A DNA stretch of 63,551 nucleotides, counting the filler, from Kipferlia bialata (taxonomy: Eukaryota): assembly GCA_003568945.1 (NCBI GenBank). It is 4 parts of 4 records of this genome, joined end to end, with 100 filler letters (N's around TTAATTAATTAA, not from the genome) between each part and the next. Parts side by side here need not be neighbours in the genome. Positions count along the whole stretch, not along the records: positions 1 to 27,143 come from BDIP01000172.1; 3 more parts are not named here. One strand, given 5' to 3'. A program made the position numbers and the translations under genes. Shown piece after piece: positions 1 through 14,170 of this stretch. The notes below the pieces were generated by a model. It was given only the letters and a program-made list of their open reading frames with translations, made no database searches and was not told where the DNA came from. Position 1 is the stretch's first letter, and every line of letters begins with the position of its first letter.

Positions 1-15
1 AGACTGGGGGTCAGG

Positions 16-60
<45 letters not shown>

Positions 61-201
61 CTTGACAGGGGACAGACTGGGGGTCAGGTAGAATACATAA
101 ACTGAGCCACTGGGAAGCACGTTACCAACTGGGATCTTACTATACGTATTAATAATACTAATGTAATACTTATACTATATCATATACATATCCCTCCACA
201 C

Positions 202-448
202 CTGAGCACTGGGGAGTCTGGGATGTGTCTCTTCTTCTTGAATAGGGACACCTGGGGTAGGAGAAGAACCATACATAACATACAAGACACATACTATAAT
301 ATGTCTACTTGTCTTGACACCTGGGGTCAGGATAGGGATAGTAACACATAGCAACATACATAATCCATCATTCTATCAGTGAATTTACATGTACAGGTAC
401 CTGCATTGAGCCTGCCCCTCCCAGGAAGCACACATAGGAGTCGGGGAG
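202..448 (-). CDS. Internal exons of an unidentified intron-rich gene (partial)
   Basis: Minus-strand exons 448-401 (LPDSYVCFLGRGRLNA) and 251-202 (GVPIQEEETHPRLPSAQ) are bounded by CTCACCCCCAG/CTACCCCAG acceptors and GT donors. Further acceptor copies occur towards position 1. Confidence 0.45.
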
Positions 449-563
449 CTGGGGGTGAGGGAGGCTCTGTTATCATAAAATTAATTGCATGGTAGCTTGG
501 TGGAGGGTGGAAGGGGGGGGGGGGGAGGATACCCATGGCTATTGTATAGTCTTCACCCCTTAG

Positions 564-773
564 GCACTGCCACCATTGGGGGTGTCTGCCTCCCACATCG
601 ATGTGCGCTCTGTGGCCCTGAACAGGTCCATCCTCCCAGGCCACTGGAAGCACGCCAGGTATACATACATATATATAGTGTATGTATATTGTATATATAT
701 TTATATATAATCAACTAGTGTTTCTCCCTCCACTGACGCCAGGGCCACCCTCGACCTCCTGACCAAGATTTAA
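564..773 (+). CDS. 3' terminal two exons of an unidentified gene (partial)
   Basis: Exon 564-658 (ALPPLGVSASHIDVRSVALNRSILPGHWKHA) splices in phase to 719-773 (SVSPSTDARATLDLLTKI-TAA). Both junctions are canonical AG/GT. Confidence 0.5.
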
Positions 774-775
774 GA

Positions 776-810
<35 letters not shown>

Positions 811-1184
811 TGACGTCAAAGCATTGCGCAGTTGTTTGTAGACCCCCCCTTTCTGTGTAGAGGGATTGTCATGGTTCGTGTTGTCTCGTAGTGGTTTTAT
901 TATTATTTATTGCACTCGTGAATAGATGCAAGCATAGCAGTATGATGGTTGCAAGCCTTGGTCTAATACCGTATTCGCTGTGTACAGATGTATAGGGTCC
1001 AAGGATTATCACTATAGCAGCCATAGGAACTGCTAGCTAGATATAAATATAGATATCTTTTACATACGAAGTAGTAGTATGTATGGGGTAGTATCCCGGA
1101 CTAAGATAGGGTTGAATCCCACTAGAACTGGTGGGGCACACACCACTAGTAGGGCCTTGTGTTACTAAGCGGCCTAGTATGCGA

Positions 1185-2310
1185 CTATGTCAGGTCATAC
1201 CGCGAGCCTCCCCCACCTAGCGGAGTGAGGGTATCTACCACCATGACCTGGGCATACCCACTATCCCCTATGAGGACAAGTGGAGTGTCTGTGTCACCCA
1301 GGGTCATGGGCATACCACTACTATACAGAGCGCATGGGTTGGCATACTCTACACCATCTCTCTCTCTCTCCCCCACCATGGTCGTAATACCCTTGGTGTC
1401 AAGCACCCACTCTCCAGACACCGTATCATACACACCCACCACACTGTACCAAGTGGGGAGACACAGCAGATAGGGGCCTAAGGGTATGATGTTATCCTCG
1501 GTGATACCACCGGGTATGGCTCCCTCACTCCTCCAATGGCCTCCCACTATACCGCTGTCACTAGGTGTGTATGAGTACATCTCTCCCTCTTGTTCTAGAT
1601 ATGCGGTGGTAGACGATACTGCAACCACACTCGCAAGGGATGACCACTCTGGATGGGTGTCACTGGCAGTGAAGGGAGAGGTCTCTAGCACCCTAGTCTC
1701 AGGGTGGTAGCTCCATATGATGGCATCTGAATGACAGCAAGGGTCCAGGGATATCCCATAGACCCTGTCCCCTATGGAGAAGCAGAGACCCAGGTCGATG
1801 TCTGTATCCAGCTCCACCCGGTCTGCTTCGTCTCCCTCCCCATCCCCCATGGGTATCCACCCCCTGGTCTCTCTGTTGTACATGTGTACATGGAGGCAGG
1901 TGCCTAGGTCTGGGACGTGTAGGGCATAGACATCGGAGCCAACAACCTGGGGGTGAGGACTCTGGAGGAAAGATGAGATAATTGGGAAGTATAGTCATAC
2001 ACCCATATGTATGAATATTTAGTCTCCATACCTGCACCGTCCACCTCCACCCATCAGAGTCACAGTCACCGCCTGGCCTATCCACCCACTGTACTGTACA
2101 TGCATGCCCCTGGGTTGTGTCTGACCCTATTCTCCCATCTGGTAGGGTCAGTATACACATTGCACCCTCCCCTCCCTGCTGAGCAGGCTGCTGACATAGC
2201 ACCTCAGATGGAGAGAGGTAGGCCACACCGCGGTAGGACTCATCAATGTACAGGGGATCAATGCACTCGCAGGGGGAGGAATGAGGGCACTTGACAGGGA
2301 ACTGCTGCAT
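1185..2310 (-). CDS. Kelch-like/beta-propeller hypothetical protein, 2 exons
   Basis: ATG at 2310, exon 2310-2032, GTATGG...CTCACCCCCAG intron, exon 1946-1185. Joined protein: ...RWTVQ|VVGSDVYAL...MYNRETRGW...IGDRVYG...WSYHPETRVL...YSYTPSD...VYDTVSGEW. The repeated 'Y-D/N-x4-W' blade-end motifs are kelch-like. Confidence 0.6.
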
Positions 2311-3273
2311 GCGTAGAGGCAAGCGGGACTGGAGGATGAGACTAAATGTGGTGTCTCCTGCTAGTGACCCAATGTGACAAGAGAATAGTATCAATTGTAA
2401 AGCATGACAATCATGTGTAAAGAAGTGCATGATTGTTACCGTGATACCAAAGAGCCAGAGCTAGACTAAATACAGTTCTCACCATGGCGTTACACGCACG
2501 GGAGTGAGACACGACCTCACGGCACCCTGTCTCATGCGGTGACACAGACTGTAGACACCAGCCATCGATAGAGGATGAGACAGGAACACAGCGCCCACAG
2601 CCATAGGTATCACCGAGGGTGACACACTGCAGGGAGAGGGAGTCCTCTGGGCATGAGGGGAAGTGGATTGGGAGGAGAGAGAGAGAGAGAGAGAGAGAAT
2701 AACAAGAAGAACCCAAGGTGAAAAGGATACATAGAGATTCTTTATTAGAGAACCTTCACCAGCCGAGTATTAAAGGGAATAAGTGTGTGTAATACTAGTA
2801 GGTATTACTCAGTCAAATAACCAGTATCATCTGAGAGACCTATAATCACATCGGTATCAAACGTATGACCATATCTTGACCAGACACGATAGTCAAGAAT
2901 CCCATCAGTATAGACCACTACACAACCGACAATTATGCCACAGCTCACTTACACCAAGGCTACTGGACTGTACTTAGTTATTGACGTGTATATCTACCCC
3001 ATACCTGACAACCTCCACTGTCTGTCTGTCGATGCCTCTACAGCTGAGACAAGATCATCACTGGTGCCATACACGACACCTTTCAGGGCAGAGGGTATCG
3101 CTACACTAGCCTGACTCCCTGTGTCCCCCCAGGGCATAGGAAGACAGATAGAGATGGATTGAGTGACACGAAGAGAACTTCTCTGAGAAGATGCCGCGAG
3201 ACACAACCTTCGTTCAGAAATGACAAAGGGTGTAGAGTTGTCATTAATTGATCTATTCCTCCGGCCTATCTGT

Positions 3274-4039
3274 CTATGCCTCGCCCCTGTCTAGCTCTGA
3301 CGACTCCTCCTCGTCCCTCCCTCTCTGGGCCCTCTTCCTGGCCCTGTCCTTGGACACAATCTCTATGTAGTCGTTCTTGTGCAGGGCGAGGTAGCGCCTG
3401 GGGGTGAGGGGGAGCACTCCATACTGCTTCTTATTTTATATACACTCTATGAGTGCCGCACCTGACCCCGACCCATTGCGTCAAGGCCCAGTATGACCAG
3501 CACCATACTCTATAGTATATAGTGTATAGTATAGTAGTATAGAGTGTGATATATACCTGACCCCGACCCATGCATCCAGGCCCAGTATGACTAGCAGGAG
3601 TACAATGGACAGCACGCTCATGAACTCAAGGCCAGACAGACCTGGGGTAAGGGAAGGTATATACACAGACATATATACTGAGAGAGAGAATGATACACAT
3701 ACTCATGAACTCAAGGCCAGACAGACCTGGTATCAGTATCAATATCAGTATCATATAGGGGTCAGAGATAAGAGAGAGAGATAGACGAAGAGAGAGAGAG
3801 AGATAGGTCTACACACTCATGAAGTCAAGGCCAGACAGACCTGAGAAACCAGAGACAGAGAGTGAGAGAGGCATACTATATAGCTGTGTATATATGATAC
3901 CTACTGTGGCTGCCTCTGCTATCTAATACCTACTACGTGTATCTATATATGCATATATATCCATATACATACCTATTGTGGCTGCCTCTGGCACAAAGTG
4001 CCACACTGGGCAGGAAGGGGCATCCACATCTAGGGGGCC
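3274..4039 (-). CDS. C-terminal part of a single-pass membrane protein (partial)
   Basis: Exons 4039-3973, ~3639-3557 and ~3397-3274 give GPLDVDAPSCPVWHFVPEAATI|GLSGLEFMSVLSIVLLLVILGLDAWVGV|RRYLALHKNDYIEIVSK...stop, i.e. a hydrophobic helix followed by a basic tail. The 5' part is lost at the poly-G/poly-A junction at ~4042-4090. Confidence 0.55.
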
Positions 4040-4093
4040 CTGGGGTCAGGGGGGGGGGGGGGGGAAATAAAAAAAAAAAAAAAAAAAAAATCA

Positions 4094-4262
4094 TTGGTCA
4101 ATACTACTTGGTACCATTCCTCACCACACCTGATCTACAACCCACTCGCATCGAGAGCTTACTGGCTTTTCCACAATATAACTACTGATGCGTATTCCCC
4201 CGTCTTTCAATCCCCCCCCCTCCCCACTACCTGGGTGAATAGTATCTCCTTTCTCCCTCTTC

Positions 4263-4309
<47 letters not shown>

Positions 4310-4448
4310 TTGTATTTGTTCACTCTCTTACACCAGGTTCCCTTCCCGGCCCCTGTCCTTGCCCATCCCCCTCTCTCCACATGCTACGCAGAGTTTGAGG
4401 ATATAGGTACTATATACACACACACATAGTAGTATATATATACTACTA

Positions 4449-4482
<34 letters not shown>

Positions 4483-7455
4483 TAAGTAGTATATATATAC
4501 TCTCTCTACATACTCTCTCTCTCTCTCTATCTCCATCCACCTCTCTCCACGTGCTGTGTAGAGTTTGAGGATATAGGTATTATACTCTCTCTATATACAT
4601 ACTCTCTCTCTCTCTCTTTTCCCACTCCATAGTTATTGGCTTTATGTCACTCTATTAGCCTCTACTCCGTTCTCTCTCTCTCTCTACACCCTCATGTCAC
4701 TATGTGCCTCTACTCCGTTCTCTCTCTCCCTCTACACCCTTAATACAGGTCTTGTGCATGTGTCCCTCTACTCCGTTCTCTCTGTCTCTCTCTACACCAT
4801 TTTGTCACTGTATGTCCCTCTACTACATTCTCTCTATCTCTCTACACCCTTATGTCAGGCCTTGTGCATGTGTCCCTCTACACCCTTATGTCAGGCCTTG
4901 TGCATGTGTCTCTCTCTTCTCTCTTCTCTCTCTCTCTCTGTCCCCTTATTACAGGCCTTGTCCATGTGTCCCTCTACTCCAGTCTGGTCAGAGTGCACAC
5001 AAGGTATGAATATATATATATTTATATATATATATATATGTCCTACTATATGTATATATCCTACTATCACATGTATATCTATATATATATACTCCAGTCT
5101 GGTCAGAGTGCCCACAAGGTATCTCTCCCTCTATATATACGTGTATATATATATATTCTGTATACTGTTCTATGTATCAACAGAGTACCAGTGTATGTGT
5201 ATAGGTACCTCTATGCCCATATACTGTGTGTGTGTACCATGAGCAGATGTATATCATTGTATCCCGAGACTTATTGTCAGCACCGGTGCCTCCCATGACA
5301 TCCACCTCCTGACTATATCTACACTTACCTATACAATAATATATATACATGTACATATATACAGATATTCATATAGATATATATGTGTATTAGACTATTA
5401 GTGTATATTATAGTCTTCTAACTTATAGGACCGGTGCCTCCCATGACATCCACCTCTTGACTATTCACACACATTCATCTGCATATGGATATCGTTATTG
5501 AATGAATGTATATGTGTACATACATATGATTGTTGTGCATAACCCTAGGACGGGTGCCTCCCATGACATTCACCTCCTCAGTAAGGGCCTGTCCCTGCAC
5601 AGAGCAGTGAAAGGTACTTACTCTCTCTCTCTCTCTCTCCTCCTACACCCTTATTAGCCGTCCCTGCACAGAGCTGTGAAAGGAACTTACTCTCTCTCTC
5701 TCCCCCGCAACCTCTCTCTATATGTATCTGTCACAGAGAAATATATGGTATTATTTGGTATCTTGTACTTCGCGTTTACATATGTGTCTCTCCCAGTCGC
5801 AGTATTTCCATATATAGTATATATAGTGTATAGTATATATACATGTTTATATTTGTGTGTGGAGGTGCATGATGTTGCTGCCTCTCGCTTTCTCTCTCTC
5901 TCTCTTACTACACCCCTAAGCAGGTGGTGATGTTGAAGTGCGGTATATATATGTCTTCACTCTCATCTTAGGTATGGCTGTTGAGGTGCCTCTCTCCCTC
6001 CCCCCCCCCCCTCTATCTGTGTACACCCTTTAACCCTCAGGCGTTGCTGTTGAGGTGCGTGACGTAGGTGCCTCAGGCATAGGCAGGAGTGCCGCACTAG
6101 GGGAGAAGCAGAGAGGGCATCGGTACCTAGTCCTCATTACACGCACTCTCTCTGCACCCCTATTGATCAATCTGGAGGGGAGAGAAGTAGAGGAGGAAAG
6201 AGAGGGAGAGAGAGAGGGGAGGAGGTCCACTACCAAGAGCTGCAGACTGGGGGACAGGAAGATACTCGGGTAAGGGCATATATATGTATATATATATATA
6301 CGTATAGTCAAATATGAGCATGGTCTCTGGACACACCTATAACCCTAGGTTCTCCGCACAGTGTCCTGTGTTTGCCCTGACCCGGTTAGCAGTGAGGGAG
6401 AGACATAGTATCGAGGGAGAGAGAGAGGGAGAGGAAGAGACTGACGAGTATGAGGGAAAGCAAGGGGAGGTCCTTTACCCATCAGTGCACTTTGAGGGGG
6501 TAGAGGGAGAGAGTGATGGGGATGTTGAGGGTGTAGGGAGAGAGAGAGGGCAGGATAGAGTGGTGGAGCTGTACCGCTTCTCCATATGCTCTATCCAGAC
6601 ACCAGACTCAGGTATGAGTATATATGTTAGTATATGTTAGTATCTATACACCCATGTGTGTGTATACCTCTATGTATGGAAGGATAGGTACTTCATACTC
6701 AATTCACAGTCCACACCAGACTAAGACCAATGTAGATGGTATTTATAGGTAATAGCGTGTTCACAACCCATTCAATCAATCCCCCCCCCCCCCCTCTCTC
6801 TCTCTCGCACTTTATCCTTCTCCACAGTATACTACTGATATTTCTTACTGTTTCACTACTGGATAATCATGACTTCACAGTGATAATACTAACCCTAGGC
6901 CGTAACATCTTCCTGACTGGCGTCTCTGCGACCCTAACAATGCGGCACATACCACACTCAGAGAGTGATAGGCCGAGACGCACACACGCCCCTGGTGGTC
7001 TACTGAGAGACTGTAGCTACCTGGGTATTGAGAGGGAGGGGGAGGGAGAGAGTGATACACTCTGTGTAGCCTCTTATGAGATGGACCTGTTTGGCAATGT
7101 GGCACAGAGGAAGGTATATAGTAGTATATATAGTATACTATATGTATAATGTATACTATTATTTACTATGTTGATACTATATAGTATATATAGTGCAGTA
7201 TAGTATTTCAAAATATACATATATGCCTGGTTTGGCAATGTGACACAGAGGAAGGTATCTATACATAGTGTGTATGTATAGTAGTGGTATGTATACACTA
7301 TATGTATTGTACACTAAGTGGTACAGTACATTATGAGATGGGCCTATTATGCAGGGACATACAGAGTCTCTCTCTCTGGCCCTCTCTCTTTGTCTGTCTC
7401 TTTCTTCACACATATATTAGGTCTTGTACACTGCTCCCCCAGGAACTACGTCCCA

Positions 7456-7489
<34 letters not shown>

Positions 7490-8997
7490 ACCCTTATATC
7501 AGGTCGTGTACACTGCTCCCCCAGGCACCCCGTCCCTTGACATATCCGCGTGTCCACCTGTACACATAGGTATTGTATGTGGTTGCATTGTGAGTTGTTA
7601 CTTGCATATACACATTCTGAGTATGGGATATAGGATACTTGCACACATATGCTATCTCTTCCTTTGTACCTCACTCTGATGTACAGTTTAGTGGGCTCTC
7701 TATAAATATGTGTTAATAATGATTCTGACTCTAGATGGCGTGCAGAGGTTAGGCAAGACAGCCCCTCAGAGACAGACGGAGAGTGAGGCACCTGTGTTCA
7801 CAGATTCTGATGCCCTAGCACTCAGATTAGGTATAACTAATAGTGTCGCATACACACACATTTCTATGGGACAATACATGTCTCTTATGACGCTCTTACT
7901 GTAGTTACAGACTCAGATGCACTTGCACTTAGACTTGGTACCATATCCTGCATTTCGATACATATTGTGCACAAATGTTACTACACACGATATTGCTATA
8001 CTGAGTACGTGCTGTGTTGCCCTCACCAGAGGAAGTGCCCTCGTGGATTTACGCTCTCTCTCTCCCTCTCATCTTGTAAATATATAGTTCATTTAGTTGA
8101 TATAGCCAGCTATTGTGCATCTCACCATAGGAAGTGCCCTTGTGTGTGTCAGAGTACCAGACAGAGACAGTCACACTAAGGGAGAGAGGGAGAGAGACAG
8201 TCACACAAAGGGTGCCACCCTAGTGTACATACTGCCCAACGTCGGTGTCATATACACAGAGAGGGAGGGAGAGAGAGAGAGTGAAGAGGGGGCTAGGGGC
8301 ATAGTCCTAACCCACGCCGCTCCTTACTCCCCTCTAATCTCTCTTAGTAAGGCACTCCTGGCTACACTTGCCACTCCACTTTTCTCGTCTGGAGCGTCTG
8401 GAGCGTGTGAGACGTCCCAAGCGTCTGAAGAAGAGAGAGAGAGAGTTGCAGCGAAGGAGAGTACCCTCACCTCTGCCTTGCTGACTGTACTCAGGGTGTC
8501 TGTCTGGATTCACATCAGGAGCAGACATATGGTGAAGGCACTACCTAAGCAGGTTAGCATTCTATTACTTGTGACTATCTCTATGTACGTGTGTGTGTTT
8601 GTTTATGTATGCTAAGGGTGTCTGTAAGGATACAGGTCAGGAGCAGGCAGATGGTGAGGGCACTCCCTACGCAGGTATACATACTATTACATGATATCAA
8701 TGGAAGCATCACACAGCAGCATACACATACACTCTCTCTCTCCTTAGACCGCTATATACATCTCTCTCTCACAGTGGATTCAGTTACCATCTGGTTGGTT
8801 CTCTATACCTTAGACCCCTTAGATACATATACTAACCTTCAGGTTGACTCTGCCCCACCAATAATAATGAGCCATCTCTTAATCTCTCTCTATCCCCATT
8901 ACAGTATATCATTACAGTATATATATTCTTATTTATATGGATATATATATATATACATTATTATCATCAGGTGGACTCTGCCACCCCAGTGGTAGTA

Positions 8998-9040
<43 letters not shown>

Positions 9041-9749
9041 CCCCTCTATTATGGTATGTATACATATACTTATCATCAGGTAGATTCTGCCACTCCAGTT
9101 GTGGTCGGTATGAGGAGGCCTGGTGTAGCTCCTGTACAGGGTACATCTACAAGAGGGGTAGTGGGAGTGACAGATGACTCAGACAGCAGTGACAGTGAGA
9201 CAGACAGCCCTACCTCTACCACTACAGAGGAGGGTACCCTCCGTGCTGTCTCCTCTCTACCCTATGAGTCCATCTTAGTCAGTGTGTGCAAGCACTTGGC
9301 TCTATCCACTCTCTCCTGGTCCCACTCTCTCTCCAAGGGGGGTGTCAAGAGAGTGGAGCTATCCATGGCTGGGAGAGTCGCTGTTTTAGCAGTTCTCTAC
9401 ACTATGGGTGAGTGTATACGTATATAGTATGTATATACAGCTGGAGAGAGGGAGAGAGAGAGAGTAGAGGTCTGAATGGCTGGGAGAGTGGCTGTATTGG
9501 CAGTGCTCTACACAATGCGTGGGTGGATATTTATGTATATCGTGTATTTGTACTGATACCGATGCCCAGTGCTTTCCACTATGAGTGATGGTATATAGTA
9601 TATATAGTATGTATATAGTATATATATATATATATATATATATAGTATATACGACATGGAGAGAGAGAGAATAGGAGCGGGAGGAAGTGTGCTTTGGTAG
9701 GGAACATCAGTATTTGTCTAATAGACTCTTGATCTCTACAGGTAGTAGA

Positions 9750-9785
<36 letters not shown>

Positions 9786-10569
9786 GTCTCTCACCCTTCA
9801 GGAGAGAACAAGCACTTCAAGCCCTCCATCCAGGATGACCTGATCAAGAGGTATCTCTCTCACTCTCTCTCTCTCTATACTGTAACTGATTGAGAAATAC
9901 CTCTCTTTCTCCCCCTCTAGTGCCGCTCTCAGTTGTCTCAATCTTAGCTGCAGTATCATCATCATCTCCTTCAGTCTCTCTGGCTGCGTTGTTCCCTTAC
10001 CATAGAGTTCTGTCTCTCCCCTCCTTCGCAGACGCAGCTGCCCCGTACCCCTCAGCGTCACCAGGTATGTATACGTATATATGTATATCTAGTAGTATAT
10101 AGTAATATATATATATATATAAATGTAGCTATATGTGGACATATACACTACACATCGGCATCACCAGGTACTGTGACTACTACACATACATAGTAGTACG
10201 GTATATAGTGCGACATAGAGGTCTCCCTCTCTCTTCATATATAGCCCCTCAGCGTCAGCAGTTACCAGTCATTCACTTTTACAATATACTGCTGTTGTAT
10301 TTATATATATTTACTATTGTATCAATCTACTATAATGCATGTTAGCGTATCAATATTCCAATTCTTCTGGCTGAAATTCAGCCTCCCCTCCCTCTACCTG
10401 TACCAAGCATATCATCTCTCTCTCTCTCTCTCTCTCCCCATATATATAGAGTACTTACTAAGTACCTTTTCTCACTGTCAGCCTCCCCTCCCTCTACTAG
10501 ACACCTGTGTCCAGGGTTCAAGGGCACACACAGCACACATAGCCCAAGGTATGTATAGATATATCTGTC

Positions 10570-10604
<35 letters not shown>

Positions 10605-10988
10605 TGAATTTAGGGGCACACTATAGCACCCAGTCCTATAATATTGTAGATACACTATGTATATTAGTATACATGTAGCAAAGCCAGTATCCACCCATTC
10701 TTGTCATGTATAGTGCATTATCCGGTATATATATAGAAGTATAGAGAGTATATAGAGTATGTATGGAGAGAGAGTGAGTATTGACTCCTCAGGACCAAGC
10801 AGAAGACCCGCCCTCCCCTACCTGAGGCAGATATAGGTGGTAAGAGGGAGTCTGCCGCCACTCCTTCTGTTGCTAAGCAGTCCCCACTCCCTACAACAGA
10901 GGGAGAGAGAGAGAGAGAGCAAGAGAGAGAGAGACTGAGACACACACTCAGATCTGGACTGCTGACAGACGACGATGCCTGTATGGAG

Positions 10989-11027
<39 letters not shown>

Positions 11028-13461
11028 TCATCTTTCTCTATATTCGTCTTCTCCCACACTCAAAAAAGAAAAAGAGAAGAAGAAAGAACTCAGGTCTAAG
11101 TGAGCATCTCTCTCCCCCTCTACACCCTTTGTTCACTCTCAGGCCTATGAGTACCTGTCGGCCTCCAACACATCTAGAGACCTAGTCTCTAGCCTAGTAT
11201 CCACCCTGTGCTCCACATCAGACCCCAGAGAGGTATATTCTCTCTCTCTCTCTCTCTACACCCTTATTCGCTCACTATCAGACCCTAGAGAGGTTGACTA
11301 TGTTCTCTCTCTCTCTCTCTACACCCTTTCTTCACAAACCTCTCTCTCTCTACACCCTTTTTCACTCTCAGGATATGATGTTGGGTATATTGACAGGCAT
11401 ACTCTCAGTGCCTCAGGGAGTGCCAGGTAGGAATCAATTGATTGATCGATTGATGGTCATCAATTGTATACATATACTATTTATATAGTTTCTATATGTA
11501 TGTATATATCAGTGAGTGCCTCAAGGGGTACCAGGTACTTACATGAGAATCAATCAATTGATTGATGATCATGAATTAATATATATGTAGAGAGGGAAAC
11601 TCTCAGGGAGTGCCAAGTACATGTATAGGGATCAATCAATTGATCAGTTCTGACATATCTTATGATTCAGGCTGGGTGCGCCAGAGCATCAGTGCTGCCC
11701 TGTCCCTGTCCCTGTCAGTCCCTATTGCCAAGGTACTATTTATACACGATTATACGTTCTATATACTACATCTTCACTATTTTATAATATGTATACTGTA
11801 TATAAAATATATATAGTATTCCTCTGTGTATTTTACTGCTGACCTGTCCCTGTCAGTCCCTGTTGCCAAGATACTCCCTCTCTCTCTAATTAACCCTTAT
11901 GACATTATATACTTGCCTAGGTACACTCTTCGTTCCACTTTAAGTACAATGACATGTCTCTATCCCTTTGTCTGCACATCTATGTCTCTCTCTATATATG
12001 TGCCCGTTGTAACACCTGTGTCATAGGGGCCTGTACGCTCTCTCTCTCTCTCTCTCTCCCACCCCTTTCTGATACCAGTGCCCTAAGGGCACTTTCCACT
12101 CTCTCTCTCTCTACACCCCTATTTACACCAGTGCCCTAGGGGTATGTTCCCACCCTCTCTGGCACTGCTCCTTAGGGTGGAGAGTGCACTATTTGCAAAG
12201 GTATAAAAATATAGTTATATTTGCAATATCAGCACTATTTGCAAAAGTACTTCCAGTGGTGTCCAAAATTTGTATTGTGTATTTGTTGTATTAGTGTATT
12301 GTAGTGCCATTACATTTTCACATCCCGATGACTCATTCAAAGGAAGCGTCTGGAGCGTCTGGAGCGTCTGGAGCGTCTGGCATTAGACTGACTGCATCCT
12401 CTCCCACCCCTCTCTCCCCCTCTCTCTCTGTGGAGGATAGGGTGGATGAGTGTGTGCTAAAGAGACTCGACCCAGAGCAGGTATAAATATACAAATGTAT
12501 ATATATAAATATATTATATTATATATAGTATAAATATAATATATACAAATATTTCTCTCTCTGAGTGTGTGTTGAAGAGACTAGACCCAGAGCAGGTATT
12601 ATTCTCTCTCTCTCTCTCTCTCTTTCTCTGGCTACACCCTTATTACCAAGAGACTCGACCCAGAGCAGGTATATACACCCTCTCTCTTTATGTATAAACC
12701 TCTTAATACCAGACCCCAGGATGCTGAGCATATCATTCTCTCTCTCTCCCCCTCTAAACCCTTAATACCAGACCCCCATCCTGTGTTTGTCTGACAGGAT
12801 GCTGNNNNNNNNNNNNNNNNNNNNNNNNNNNNNNNNNNNNNNNNNNNNNNNNNNNNNNNNNNNNNNNNNNNNNNNNNNNNNNNNNNNNNTCTCCCTCTAA
12901 ACCCTTAATACCAGACCCCCATCCTGTGTTTGTCTGACAGGATGTTGAGCATAGCTGAGAGACAGCAGCTATCCAGACAGGATATGGAGGGTATGTATCA
13001 ATGATTGTACATATAATCATAGTATGGAACAATACATTATGTGTTTAGAATTTACAAGAGATAGTAGCTGCCGAGACAAGATGTGTTATGCTTTCCTCTC
13101 TCTCCGCCTAGCCCCTCATTTCAGGTATCCTTGCCAAGTTGAGACAGGTCAGACTGGCCAACATCCAGCAGAGGGTATTCGCAACAGGTAATGACTGTAT
13201 ATTATATATAGTGTGTATTGAAAGCACTATTGAATATAGTCTACTACTTACCTCTCTCATTACCAGGTGTAGGCAATGCCTATGTCAGGTTCAACCCTGG
13301 CAAGGGAGAGGGAGAGGGAGACAGAACGCCATTCAGCCATCCGGTATGTGTATCAGTATGTCCTTCAGTACACACATTGAGATAGATATATACCTTGATA
13401 CATGTGTTGTGCATTCATATACCTGATACTAGTTTAGCTACTCCACTCTCTCTCTCTCCCC

Positions 13462-13509
<48 letters not shown>

Positions 13510-14139
13510 CTATATATACCATAATATCTTACACGATAGGTCTTCACGTGTAGTGCTACCACCCTAGATGGTGACACTATCGGTCTGGAGGAGAGCATGC
13601 TAGACTGGGCAGAAAGGTATATATGTACATTGATACTATTCTTATTGTAGTGTTATTGTAGTATGTGGATAGAATACACAGCATGTGTGCCTGTAGATGT
13701 ATATGTGTGAATGTATATGTATATACAATCGGTCTGGAGGACAGCATGTTAGACTGGCAGAGAGGTACACATGTATTAGCACCATGTTATATGTGCAATT
13801 CATAGCATTCGCTATGTTCAGATAACACTTTGGTCTCTCATTGTCACTCATACTCTGTGATTATATCAATTCTCTACTATTGTCTGTATTTCCCTAACAC
13901 TAGGCATCTGTCTGTCACGTGGCCTGGTCTCCATGCTGCAGTCAGTGCAGGATACAAGACAAGGTACGTGATGTATACTATATATACAAGAGTGTGTAAG
14001 GATTAGTACTTAGTCAGTGACGTGTATGTAACTGGATACTATGTACATTTCATTTTGCTTCATTCGTATCTCCCACTTGTAACTGATCAGTTCTCCTGTT
14101 TCCCCTCTCTGGTTGCATCAAATGTCCACTTAGTCCCTT

Positions 14140-14170
<31 letters not shown>

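Noticed and set aside
2411..3240. Additional minus-strand gene between the kelch-like and membrane-protein genes
   Set aside because: There are some splice-like signals and short ORFs, but no phase-consistent model or recognisable protein could be built.
12750..12945. Identical sequence on both sides of the N gap as a true duplication
   Set aside because: An echo cannot be distinguished from unmerged contig overlap here. The same applies at 17025/17190 and 28690/28870, so these were not counted as evidence.
13125..13133. GTATCCTT as a U12-type donor
   Set aside because: It directly follows an acceptor AG and is the start of an APC1 exon (G|GT ATC CTT = GIL), in phase with the previous exon.
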